The translations under genes were made by a program, and so were the position numbers. The notes below the pieces were generated by a model, which searched no databases, was not told where the DNA came from, and saw only the letters and a list, made by a program, of their open reading frames with translations. Positions 51,745 to 64,000 of a DNA stretch of 64,000 bases are shown piece by piece (within the stretch, counting starts at the first letter, position 1; each line of letters starts with the position of its first letter). Source of the stretch: Daphnia carinata (Eukaryota); the NCBI RefSeq assembly GCF_022539665.2, contig NC_081331.1:5952001-6016000 (forward strand). The letters run 5' to 3'.

Positions 51745-53429
51745 AATAATAGTTGCTGTAGGTCGTTAATATTTCGAACCATCGCCACGTTAATTGAATG
51801 TACGGGGATGGTCTAAGAATCTAGTAGAGACTCACGCATGGCAAATCACGTAATAGCTGAAGCGCGCACAACTGCGTGAGAATGGTGTAATTAAGACGCA
51901 GTGATTCGAGCATTTTTTGCTTTCGTGCAAACATTTGTGTCATGGTTACACCGTACGCCATAAAGCACAATGTCGCATCAAGTATCATTTTGGTCCAGAA
52001 TTCGGGTATCATACAAATCTCTAAAATTCAAATTCACGCTGCCATATGAATGGCTATATGAAACTACAAGTTTGATCAGTAGAAAAGAATTCAGAATAGA
52101 AATTTGATCTATAAATTTGGCTAATAATCTTAGAGACTTTCTGCGGAAGAGTTTGGGCGTGACACATTCAATTGTAGTAGAATATAATATGCAAACCATA
52201 ATACGAAATCAATAGACGACTCGCGAATACCAAGATCAACAAGAGTCACGACTGAGATAATAACGACACATCAATGGCATACTGTAACGTCAGATATCAT
52301 TGATTATATAACTTTATTCATTCCAAATTTTTCTTTATAAAATTGTTTGTCTTTTTTCTGAGAAAGACACCAACCTTCACCTCCCTGTTCGAAAGTGTAA
52401 CTAAAAATTATTGCCTTCCAGCAGTTGAGTCTACGATAATTTATGTAGATCGACTCGGCTGTGACAGACTTATAGACGTACAGTTCCCACCATAATACCA
52501 GAAGCGGAGTACTTGAAACAAAGCGCAACTCTATTAATATAAGAAGCAACAATCCGTCATCATTAACTGTGGAAAACCAACGTTAAAATCTCACACGGGG
52601 GTTTCTCTTTTTCCATACGAAAAGACATGCCTCTTCTTTATACCTATCCATTTCTCCGCTGTTTTCAAAAGTGTAACAATAACAATACAACATCTTACAC
52701 GAAAAAGACCACCGTTCTTGTTGTAATCGTTTCAATGACACCGAAACTGGCGTCGATAGATCGAAACGTGAACAAGGAGCACTCGATTTTGGTTTCTATA
52801 TTGACAATTGGGTTCAGCAATCTACGTTACGTATGCGATTAAACAGCGAATTAACCTGTGCACTTTGACTATTGCAAATAAGAAAAATGCATCAACAGTA
52901 GTATTGAATATTTGCTAACGTACCGATTCACTTTCTGCCAGTGTCCTTGCTCTAAAAACGTAACGATCCTTTGGTCTTTGTATAGAGATATGACGGCACG
53001 AAACGCTTGATGACTTCTCATTTCGTTAGAGGTCAAACAGGCTCACGCTAAATTGCAAAGAGCGCAGAAGATATGGATGAAACGTTGCGCGATGAACGTG
53101 ACTAAAAGAGATCATAGAGGCGGTAGGTACGTCCGTAATAGATCGGTGGTGGGTGTAGCTATCGCACATTGCTTACCTCTTTTACCCTTCAAGGAGACAT
53201 CCCACCCTAACAATTGTGTATTTCTAAAAAAAAGTATAGAGAGAGAGAGACTGAAACCAAAAGTTTCCTTTTTTTGATTTCGTTTTTCATTGGACCCTAT
53301 TTGAGGCATATACGCCTGACAGCAGATGAAAGGCGAGAGGCGGAGTCGACTAAAACAGTATAAAATGACGGAGTGGTCGAATGGAAAGACATCAGTTGCA
53401 TCCAGCTGTTGTACAACAACAAAAACAAC

Positions 53430-54251
53430 ATGAAAGTATGGCTTCGTTTTAAGTTGTTATGAAACCATCATCTTATACGATAAATTCTTTCTAGGTATTC
53501 ATTTTCGCCGTATTGATCGCTGTGGTCGCAGGACAGGCTTACAAGCCATCAAACTATCCTGCAGCACCTTACAAGCCGGAGTATCCAGCACCAGGCTACA
53601 GACCATCATACCCTGCTCCTTACAAACCGGCTTACCCTCCACCTGCCTACAAACCTGAATACCCGTCTTACAAACCCGAGTATCCTGCTCCAGCCTACCC
53701 ATCAAAGAGCTACGATTACGTAAGACATTTTCGTATTCCATTCTGATCTTTCGTTTCTAATTCTTGATTTTTCTTTAACTATTTAGCCCCCAATGCCGTA
53801 CAAATTCGAATGGGCCGTTAAGGACGATTACACTTACAACGATTATGCCCATGAAGAGACCAGTGATGACAAGGGTCAAGTAACCGGCTCTTACCGCACT
53901 CTCCTTCCCGATGGGCGCACTCAAGTGGTCAACTACAAAGCCGATGACTACACTGGATACATTGCTGATGTCAAGTACGAGGGAGAAGCCAAATACCCGG
54001 CTGAATACAAACCAGCATACAAGCCTGGCTACCCTGCTCCGGCTTACAAGCCTGCCTACCCCGAGCCAGCGTACAAGCCTACCTACCCTGAGCCAGCATA
54101 CAAGCCTTCCTACCCCGAGCCAGCATACAAACCTTCGTATGGAGCCCCAGCTTACAAGCCTTCGTACCCTGGTCCAGCTTACAAACCCTCCTACCCACCC
54201 GCCAAGTATCCAGCCTACCCGGCTCCCAAATACCCCGCCAAGTATCAGTAA
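53430..54251 (+). CDS. Cuticle protein with R&R chitin-binding domain (RR-2-like) and YKPxYP repeats, copy 1
   Basis: ATGAAA|gt micro-exon, signal peptide, PYKFEWAVKD...VTGSYRTLLPDGRTQVVNYKADDYTGYIADVKYEG; TATAAAA and TCAGTT Inr upstream. Confidence 0.93.
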
Positions 54252-56805
54252 AAAAAAGTATATTATATAGAGAAACGTGTGAAAATATCTACCTTAAATC
54301 TTACATGTACTTATCAAATAAATGATCTTAATAATATCATAATCATCTCGTTCGTCCATTCAGCGTTACCTTAAAGAGGTCTGCTCCACTTTTCTCGTTA
54401 CAACCTTAAATTTCATAGCGGATATCTAAGGTTTTTTTGCTGATGCGTTTTCGAGAAAACTTTTAAAAAATGCGAGTTTACTTTAGCTTTCATTTGAAAG
54501 TTTATTCTAATAAGTTTATTGGCTCTCCGCGTAATTGCATGGAATGAATCCGTTCCAACAAGGCAATAGCGAAAACTAAACCTTGATCTCAGCTATTAAC
54601 CTCAGTCCCCAAAACATGCATAATTCCTGTTTAAGTACAATACTTATCTCCAGCCAAAGTCATAAAATAGCCATATCGTATAATCATACAAATAATCCCA
54701 AGCAACTAGTTAGAAAGCAAGAGACAGTAATAAAAATACGGACAGATTGGTACCTGCCATTCATTTGTCAGTTGTACTTAAACATCCCAACAGAAAGACT
54801 TAAAAAAAAATACATGCAACTATTAATAATGTGATTTTTAAAAATCTTAAGAAGAATGCAATATTTGGTTACGCCAGTTTGTAAATCCTGATACAAATCA
54901 TAACGCGCTATTGTCATAATTGACGAGGCCACCGCAGTCACGCAAAGACCAGATACATTTTTAAAAATGTGATTTTAATCATAATTTTCGTTTCTATTTC
55001 AAATAGAAACTCACGTCTCACCTATATACTTAAGATCCAATAAAGAATAGAAGATTGGATAAATTCAGCACGAAAACCCTGTTTTCATTTCTCTTGTATT
55101 TATAGACGCTAAGAATTGCCATTACAGAAAGTAGCCATTTACTTTGAATCCAGATAAACGTGCATTAAGAAACTGAATAGCAAACGTCTCTTTTGAAACA
55201 CGATGTGCACGGTCGCTATTTTTTCAACGAGAACAAAAACCGTTACGCATTCTTATCTCGTTTAAACACAAACCCCATGGATTGCTCCCCTTTTTCGCCA
55301 AAATTCTCTTTAATGAATACCGGCTAAAAGAAGTCCAACTATCTTTCGGATGAAAGAATAGCTCGATTCACTTTCTGCAGCTGTGACCTTGTTCCAAAAA
55401 AAAGAGATTCATGGTCCCCTCTCTGTATGTAGATGACACGCCCCTGCAACTCTTTTTCCCGTTTTTCTATAGAGGCCATCACGCCGGCAGAATAAACGGT
55501 CGATTGTAAAAGTGCGTTCACCGCTAGTACCTTTTTTCTTTAAAATTTTAGAGTTAGATTCCCTGTGGAGTTTTTATTAGGTGTCATTCATGGCAAAAGT
55601 CGTTTTGATTTTGAGGGATTGTTATCACAACATGGGCGTGGTGTTTTCACCTTGCAAATATTGTTAGGCAAAGAGAACAAGAGCAGGATGAGAGGCTAGA
55701 TATTAGGTAGTTCGTGGCATGTTAATTTAAAGAACGTTAAGGGTTAAGAGGTATCAGATAAAAACAAACCCGACAAAAACAAGGCCGATTTTTTATGGAA
55801 AAATCTTTTTCTTCTTTAAAAATTTGGTATAGCTATGAAAATACCTTATTTAAATTCAAAATTAAATGAGAATCACGAAAATAAGCCTTGTTTTTACGTG
55901 TGGATTGTATGTTTTGAGTTAGTTGAATTCAAAGCGGTTGCAACCTAAAACCACATTGATTACGTTTTATTCAAAAACTACACAATCTACAGGAAAACTA
56001 ATATTTTATTCATGATCAGCGTTAAAATTGCGTTATAATAGGTTTTATAAATCAGAGGTTTTAAGCCCACATCTTTTTCATGAAAAAATCTGGTCCAAAA
56101 ATTAAGCCCGACAAATAAAATAAACCCGACTTTTCCTATTTTTAAATTATTTTTTAAAACACAGATATTCCTATGAAACTACTTGATTTATATGTTAAAT
56201 TTAACTAGGATGTCAAATATTAAGCTTGTTTTTACTTGGGACTTATAGTTTACCAATTATTTACTTTCAAAGTTGTTACATTTAAATCACTTCGGATACG
56301 TTTTTGAATTCGAAGTCCCTATTAAAGACCTAAATGGATATCAATTGATTTGGAAATTGCACATCCATTAAAATATTCATGAAGTCCCAACTGTTTTTGT
56401 ATAAATTAAGGTCTTAAGTACCACGGTTATCCATTTGCGTTTCAAATGGAATTCCATGAAGGGCGAATTTCTAATTTTATTTCCATAATTTGAAAGAAAA
56501 AATGCTCTCAACAAGTCAAAATAAATTAAAGAAGGATAAAAACTTAAGGTCGTGTAATATCTTATACCCCAAAAATGTAACGTTAAAAATAGAAGAGTGA
56601 TACGTAAGGTGTATTTAGTAACCCACAAAGGCAAAGAGCAACTTATGGCATTAAAGACTGAGTAAAATTGGGACACACGCTTACCGAAAGAAAATGAAAG
56701 GAGAAAGGCGGAGTCGGACGACGCCAGCGAACTATAAAAAGAGACGGAATCCTACTGGAAAGACATCAGTTTACATCCAGCTGTACTCCAACATCTCAAA
56801 CAAAC

Positions 56806-57671
56806 ATGAAGGTATAGATAATTCCATCTTTTTTTGCTTCGATGAACGGTCAAATACTGAAGGCAATAATCTTTTCTAGGTTTTTATCATCGCTGCATTG
56901 ATGGCTGTTGCCTCAGCCCAAGGACCTTACAAGCCATCCACTTATCCGGTGGCTCCGTACAAGCCCGAATACCCGTCTTATAAACCTGGATATCCTGCTC
57001 CGGCTTACAAACCGGCCTACCCTCAGCCAAGCTACAAACCAGACTATCCTTCTTACAAACCTGAATATCCATCACCATCTTACAAGCCTGAATACCCTGC
57101 TCCAGCTTACAAACCAGCCTACCCATCAAAGAGCTACGATTACGTGAGGCATTTTCATCTTCCATTCCTATCTTCAATTACTAATTGTTGATTTAATTTA
57201 ACTATGTAGCCCCCAATGCCGTACAAATTCGAATGGGCCGTTAAGGACGATTACACTTACAACGATTATGCCCATGAAGAGACCAGTGATGACAAGGGTC
57301 AAGTAACCGGCTCTTACCGCACTCTCCTTCCCGATGGGCGCACTCAAGTGGTCAACTACAAAGCCGATGACTACACTGGATACATTGCTGATGTCAAGTA
57401 CGAGGGAGAAGCCAAATACCCGGCTGAATACAAACCAGCATACAAGCCTGGCTACCCTGCTCCGGCTTACAAGCCTGCCTACCCCGAGCCAGCGTACAAG
57501 CCTACCTACCCTGAGCCAGCATACAAGCCTTCCTACCCCGAGCCAGCATACAAACCTTCGTATGGAGCCCCAGCTTACAAGCCTTCGTACCCTGCTCCGG
57601 CATACAAACCCGCCTACCCACCAGCCAAGTATCCAGCCTACCCAGCTCCTAAATACCCCGCCAGATATTAG
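56806..57671 (+). CDS. Cuticle protein with R&R domain and YKPxYP repeats, copy 2
   Basis: Same 3-exon structure as copy 1 and an identical R&R domain; TATA and Inr upstream. Confidence 0.93.
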
Positions 57672-57879
57672 AATAGAATCCCAAGCTAGAGAAGTGTCAA
57701 ATTCAAATAAGATATATTTTAATAAATCATAATAGTACAGTGAAATATGGTTTTCTTATTACTGTCAGAGTAAACCTGAATTCTGAATGCTTTTTCCAAA
57801 ACCAATATTTGATTTAGGCTACATAAAATCTTTATTGTGTACACAAATAAAACAGCTTTGAAAACATCTAAAAAGGAGA

Positions 57880-58172
57880 TCAATACGGTCTTTGCAATAA
57901 ATGAAATTTCTTAATAAAATTCATAATTTGTTTAAACGAAGCAGGTTGATTTTCTGGGGCATGATAACCGTAATACGGCCGTTTGTACTGATAGACTGGT
58001 TTATAATAATCTTCAAGAGTAAATTGCGCTTGATATTCCTCTTGAAGGTAATTGTGTTGATCATAAGGCGGTTGGCACGAAACGACAGTCACCAAAACAG
58101 CAAAGACAAAAATCTGTACAACAAATGAATCATTGTCTGAAAAAATTCCTTCGTGGATAAACATACCTTCAT
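57880..58172 (-). CDS. Small secreted Tyr/Gln/Pro-rich protein, no R&R domain (2 exons)
   Basis: ATGAAG|gtatgt micro-exon then IFVFAVLVTVVSCQPPYDQHNY...YYKPVY; TATAAAA and TCAGTC upstream. Confidence 0.7.
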
Positions 58173-58859
58173 TCTTTAAAAAAACCGATATTGAACAACG
58201 ACTGAACGCGACTGATACGTGTGTCCTGTTTGCAGTGTTTTATAACTGCTGCGTAGCAGTGTGCAGTGCAATCGTGGACTACACCTTTTGGTTTCATCAC
58301 CTGCAGTTATGTGTCTACCAAATTTCTATTCCCATTTCCCCATGACCAATTTTCTCCAATACAGAATTCATGTGATCGTATGACAAAATTTCAGTATCGA
58401 TTTCAATTTTAAAATTTCTTCAATTCCGCTAAAGAACGCCACTTTTACTTTTCCCTGTAGGCGTTAACTGTGAAGGCAGATCTTTTCTTGAGGTATACCA
58501 CTGCCACAGATTAGGTAATCAATTGGAAAAGTGCCCCCGAACAATTCTTTATTATAAGGGACAATATGCGTTTGTATCTTTAGAGCTTCTTATATCGTTT
58601 CCCTTCTCAGTCATCAGCCGACAGCGTTTTAATTAGAGAGCTGTCTTTATCCTTTTTAATTATCTGTACGTTGTGCATATATTTGCGCGATCCATATACA
58701 AATATTACTCATAGCTATTCGTATGATAGCAAAATTCAGTTCTTTAATTATGCTGGTACAAAAAGACACATAAGGCTTTTGAATTTTACAACGTTTTTTT
58801 CATTTATTTCAATTGAGAAATTGAGAACATAAAACATGAATGAGTTACTAACACATTTG

Positions 58860-59222
58860 TTAGTATCTGACTGAATATGGTGACGCAAAGGTAGGGTACT
58901 TCAATGCCGAAGATACAGGTTTATACACTGGGACTTCTCGGTAGGGTTTATAGGTTTGCTCAGCGTATGAAGGTTTGTATGCTAGGGCTGGGTATTCCGG
59001 CTGGTAAGACGGTGTTAAATATTCCGGCTTGTAAGATTGTGCTGGATACTGTGGTCTATTGTAGTCGTTTAACAGTTGGTAAGGAACGTAATCTGTAGGT
59101 TTATGATAGGGTGGTTGCCCGTAAACTACTATGATGGCAGCAGCGATAATGAAAACCTAAAGGCATTACGTAAACATTTAAATAATGTTGAACATTCGCT
59201 AAAGAAATAAAAGTACCTTCAT
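58860..59222 (-). CDS. Small secreted YKPxY-repeat protein, no R&R domain (2 exons; absent from the ORF track)
   Basis: ATGAAG|gtac then VFIIAAAIIVVYGQPPYHKPTDY...SYKPEYLTPSYQPEYPALAYKPSY...SVRY*. Confidence 0.8.
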
Positions 59223-59947
59223 GTTTGTCAGGTAAACGTATGCCGTAGAACAGTCAGAACACAACTAATGACTCTGTCTTGTATACCAAAGTTTTTATTT
59301 ACATGCGTGACTCCTCCTCTCCGTCTCTTCCGCATTTGGGTCACTATCCTTGCATACGTTTCCTTGTCTTCCATCATCTGCGGCATGTGTCAGAGAAATT
59401 TGTCTTTCCCTTTCACCACATTTTTTTTGTACTGGTTTGCTTGGCTTGATTGCGCAATTTAGCCAATGTAGGAAACGAGATCAACTTAAACGTATACGCC
59501 AGTTAAATACATTGCAAACTGGATCAATATTTAGAAAACTATAGTGACAGCACATTATTGAGCGAGGCTAATACGCAGCAGTTAGGCTATAGCAAAAGAA
59601 TGGCTGTGAAATAACAATGAACGGCAAAGCATTATTTCAAATAATTACCGTAGTAGCAATAGAACATGTTATTCCACAGCTAGGAGAAATCCCACCTCAC
59701 GACAAAAATCGCTCCAACGTGGAAGTGAAATATTGCCAAGTTTCTTTTGATCGGTCTGACGAAACTGTAATCGAAATGGAAACCACTACAATGGCTATTG
59801 CGTAATTTCGTCATAGACGTCCTGATACTGATGAAATCAACAGTAAGAGGTGGAGTCACATTCCATAATGCTTCCTCACTATAAATACGGTTGGCGAACA
59901 CAGCAACAGGCATCAGTTCGATCCAGTGCACAGCACATCCGAAAAAC

Positions 59948-60460
59948 ATGAAGGTATCCTTTTGCATTAGTTATTTCATTTGATTAAAAAGAGAATAATG
60001 GACTATCTTTTCCAAGGTGTTCATCATCGTTCCATTGATTGCCTTAGTTTCAGGCCAAGTGCAATATGAAAAGCCAAACTATATTCGCTATTCCTACCCG
60101 GAATACAAGCCGGAATACTCAGTGGCTTACAAACCAGAATATTCAGAAGTTTATAAAACAGAATATTCAGAAGTTTATAAACCAGAATATTCAGAAGTTT
60201 ACAATCCGGAATATCCCGCAACTTACAAGCCGGAATATCCCGCAACCTACAAGCCGGAATATCCCGCAACCTACAAGCCGGAATATCCGGCTGTTTACAA
60301 ACCATCGCCTGTTTACAAACCTACATATTACGAACCGACGTATACGCCCAACTACCCAGAAGTTTACAAGCCAATTCCTTACGAGCCAACATACACCACC
60401 TTGGATTCTCAATCCAATTACCCTCCTACCTATGGAACTCTCTATCGGAATAAGTTCTGA
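59948..60460 (+). CDS. Small secreted YKPEY-repeat protein, no R&R domain (2 exons)
   Basis: ATGAAG|gtatcc, signal peptide, 24-bp tandem repeats encoding YKPEYSEV/YKPEYPAT; TATAAA and TCAGTT upstream. Confidence 0.85.
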
Positions 60461-60964
60461 ATAGCTTACTTTTAGACATAAATTTTCGCCAACATCATGT
60501 TCTATGTAAAAAGCCCTGTCATTATAACATTGTTTACAAATTCATCAAACAATAAACGTATCATAAAATTTAAACATCTCTAAACCTTCTTCCTATGACC
60601 AATGTATAGTTTACGTAAGTACCCAATTAAGGTTAAACTATGCACTCACTAATGAAATACTATTTTTTTCACCTACCTTTCTCTTTGTCGGTGAACAAAG
60701 CGTACGGATGGAAAAATGCTGTTTCCTAGTGAAGGAAATCTGCACGATAGGGTTCAGCCTAACTATATAAAGTTCATGGAGAAGCTGCACGTCCTACGCA
60801 CCTTCCCCACTGCTACTGCTTCCTGCTCACAAGTCAAATTGTTCAATATCTGCGTGCACAGCTGAGCCAGCGTTATCAGCCTACATCCAGCTGGTGTACG
60901 CACTTGAATACGAATAGCTTACCCAGTCACGTATTCTGTAAGTTTGCGAAGAAAAATATACGTT

Positions 60965-62611
60965 TTATTTTTCAAATAAATGGTTCTTCATATACTGTAA
61001 GATTTGATTCATCGATTCTCTACCCAAACCTCCTTCGATCCACTGCATTTGTAAGGAAATTAAATTTGCATCTGTTTCCTCCACAAGAAGTAATCCTTTT
61101 AAGCAAAACTTGTGACTGTTTTGCTCTTCAGGGATATCTACATCAATTTTAGCTTTCTTCGGTTCGGGCTGTTCCGAAGCTTGATTTGAGATGCGTTTTT
61201 CTTCTCGTTGCCTCCTACGTTGATTCGACCATGTATTTTCCTTTGCGATGAACTCAACAGCTTTTCTGTTCTTCTTTTCTTTTACTTTCCTGATCTCCAT
61301 CTGGAAACAGATTACATTACAGACTTCTGTAAAAAGTTTTGCCCTTTAAACTAGATCTTACTTTTAAAGAATTTAAAAGCTCTACACTTTTGAGGAGAAC
61401 GCAGGCAACGCTGAATTCTCCTTTAGAGCTCCACCGCTCGCGGGAAATGGAGTAGTTTAAAGGAGGTGGTCCTTTTGCGTTATTTTTCCGCCGACTTTGG
61501 GGTGAGTTAGCGAGCACTATGTTATCACAGAAAGTCCAGGCCAAACCCCAACGAGTAGTGCGGCCTTGGCAGAATTCAGTTTCATTCCAAGAACAGGCAC
61601 CTGCCTCCTTCAGAAGAGCTTTTATTGGAACTAGACTTGATTTGTGGCCTACCATAGTGGTAAATAATCTGAAAAGCAAAAAGCTTCCATCAGTAAAAGA
61701 AGGTTTAAGAAAACTAATGCCATTTTTTTTACCTCACACAAGGCTTTAATTCATGACACTCTTTAATGAGATTTTCTATAAACTTAACCTCACCACCTTT
61801 CACAGCGATTTCAGTGGCAGAGGTAGACCCACCAGATTTGGGACACATTGGTAAAGGCCTTTTTTCACTTCTTGATTTGGGTCCAAAACTATCACTGTCA
61901 AAGAAGGGTGGGTTACACATTGTAAAGTCATACTGTTTGGTGGTGTCAATGTTTCCATGTAGCATGGATTCAGCAGATACTTTTATGACTGTCACATGAG
62001 TTTGTAAACAATTACGCTCCAATGTATCCACAGAGCACTTGTAGTTTACTTCATCTGTTTCAGTGGCAGTAAAATGCCATCCTTTCATTCTAGCTGCAAG
62101 TATGGGGTAGATACAGCATGCCCCAGTCCCAATATCAATCCCATGTACCAATTGTTCTGTAGTTGGTTTGACTGATTGTAGTAAATCTTCAACCCACAGT
62201 AAGTAGTTAAGGCGTAATGGAAGAGTTGGAACTAATCTATCAGGAGGCAATTCCACTTCAAGATTAAAATCTCGCTTTAGAAGAACAGTGGACAGAGCTC
62301 TGACTGCAGCTGCATCCTTGAAATCAATTTCGATTTTTCCTGACAGTTTCTGAAATAAAAAACCAAACATTGAAACCATATTTGATAAAATGAAAAGGAC
62401 ACATCTTGTATTACAGCATTTGAATATCAAAATGCATAGAAAGAAATAGAGTGATAAAGCAGGTTAAGTATAGATGTTTTGTACAATTATTAAATGCTAC
62501 TGAAAACAAAAATGAGATTGTCACCTGCTTTGCGTATTTGCGAAACTCTGGGAATTTGAGTGCCAGTTCCTTGAAGTCTGGAGCAATTCGGTAAGGATTG
62601 CGTGGATGCAT
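60965..62611 (-). CDS. METTL16: U6 snRNA m6A methyltransferase METTL16 (4 exons)
   Basis: MHPRNPY, RLVPTLPLRLNYLLWVED, GIDIGTGACCIYP, MCNPPFF, TEFCQGRTTRWGLAW. Confidence 0.95.
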
Positions 62612-62732
62612 AACTGAATTCACGTTAGAAAACCTGACAGCAATACAGCAACCGGCAAAACTGATGTTCGTATAACGAGCGAAAAAAGTAACAGCTGATA
62701 AACACGTGCGTCTTTTGTTTGAAAAGCCAAAA

Positions 62733-64000
62733 AATGGCCGCTCTGTGGAAGACATGCCAGCAATGTCTCCGTTATGGATTTTCAAACGTCTCTATTTATA
62801 CGTCAATAACAGCAGTAAATGTAATTTCCAAGAGAAATTTTAAGGCCCGTTGGGTTGCGCCGACATTGAGGGAGTTGAAACAAAGAAAAGTAGTAGAGGA
62901 GGACCGGAATGGAGGTCCAAAAATTTTTCATCGAAGTACTTTCCTTGAATGGTACTATGCTTAAATTCCATAGGTTAATTAACTCAATATTTTAAATGCA
63001 AAATCCATTTTAGGAACTATGATGCAGAAATCTTTGCCTTCAGCAACAGACTGGGAGAGAAATTTAATGATTCATCTTTACGAGCAGCATTAACACATAA
63101 ATCCTACATTGAAAGGGAAACTGCCAGGCTGTCAGAGATTGGTGTGGAATCAAACTTACAGTTCCAAGATAATGAAGCCCTTTCCCAGAAAGGGGGTGAA
63201 ATGTTGAGCAAGTTTATCAATGGTTATCTGAGAGCAGTATTCACACAAGTACCTGAAGAGCTTATAACGTATAATTCTTTTGCCTTACATTGCTCACCAA
63301 GATTTGGTTTTGTAAATTCAAACTTCTTACAATTAGAGCAATGCATGACTTCCTGACTTCCAACCCAACTTTAGAAACTGTTGCGAAACATATAGGGCTC
63401 GGTGATCTGATGCTGTGTGCTGTAAGTTTCCACATGACATTTTTCCTTAATCCATGTAAATAATGTACATTTCAAACATTAGGATTTCCCTTGTGAAACA
63501 GAAACCTATGTCAAATCCTTTAAGGCAATTGTTGCGGCTTTGGCTGAAAGTTCGGGTGAAGAACGTGCCCGAATTTTTGTTCAAGATCTGGTTGTTACGC
63601 AGTTGTATGGTCAAGATGTAAATGAATTGTGGAATCCTGTTGATCCTATAGGAAATTTGACGGCAATCCTCAAGCGGGAAGGAAAAGCTGAGCCAGAATT
63701 TCGGCTTATAAAACAGGCTGGATCAAATTCAATTCTTGCTGTTTTCTACGTGGGAGTATATTCCGATAAAAATTTTATTGCAGAAGGTAAATGTACTTTA
63801 TACGTATTCACAAAAAAATTTGGGTTCTATAAAATTGTATACGATATAGGTGCAGGAGAAAGTTTAGAAGTCGCCAAAGAAATGGCAGCACGTGAAGCAT
63901 TAAAAAAATTCTTTCACACAGAGGATTCAATGAGGGCGTTGCCATTTGGACGGCAGTTGAAGAACATTCAGTCCAAAATAGCACAGTTAGAAAACCAACC
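62733..64000 (+). CDS. MRPL44: Mitochondrial ribosomal protein L44 (RNase III-like + dsRBD), 3'-truncated by the window end
   Basis: Transit-like N-terminus, RWVAPTLREL, RSTFLEWNYDAEIFAFSNRLGE, ALTHKSY, EPEFRLIKQAGSNSILAVFYVGVYSDK. Confidence 0.9.

Noticed and set aside
60100..60300. 24-bp regular repeats superficially like a CRISPR array
   Set aside because: Coding tandem repeats with no unique spacers, in a eukaryotic context.
61306..61361. TACAGAAG inside the last METTL16 intron as a possible autoregulatory m6A splice-acceptor site
   Set aside because: Does not match the UACAGAGAA-type METTL16 motif, and no supporting hairpin was seen.

Overview
Eukaryotic, AT-rich genomic DNA with many short (~60-70 nt) GT-AG introns. 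The gene content and intron style suggest a branchiopod crustacean such as Daphnia (inference). Recognisable genes, in order: an intronless orphan membrane-anchored protein with a 654-bp internal duplication, a large pancreatic-lipase-family gene with a long low-complexity tail, PAIP1, BCAP31, an ankyrin-repeat gene, an optineurin/NEMO-like gene, MFSD10, AKAP10, clueless/CLUH, five Pro/Tyr-rich cuticle-type genes, METTL16, and MRPL44 (which runs off the window end). The most unusual region is a ~5-kb palindrome (25.79-30.75 kb). Each ~2.2-kb arm carries an inward-pointing 4-exon 131-aa orphan ORF, three further introns downstream of the stop, and a ~365-nt GC-rich, densely base-paired segment that is near-identical between the arms. 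The ~520-bp spacer holds three degenerate tRNA-like units. A 732-bp non-autonomous element with 31-bp TIRs and a 7-bp TSD (P-like) lies at 35.17-35.90 kb. Exon coordinates were read by eye and no database search was possible.
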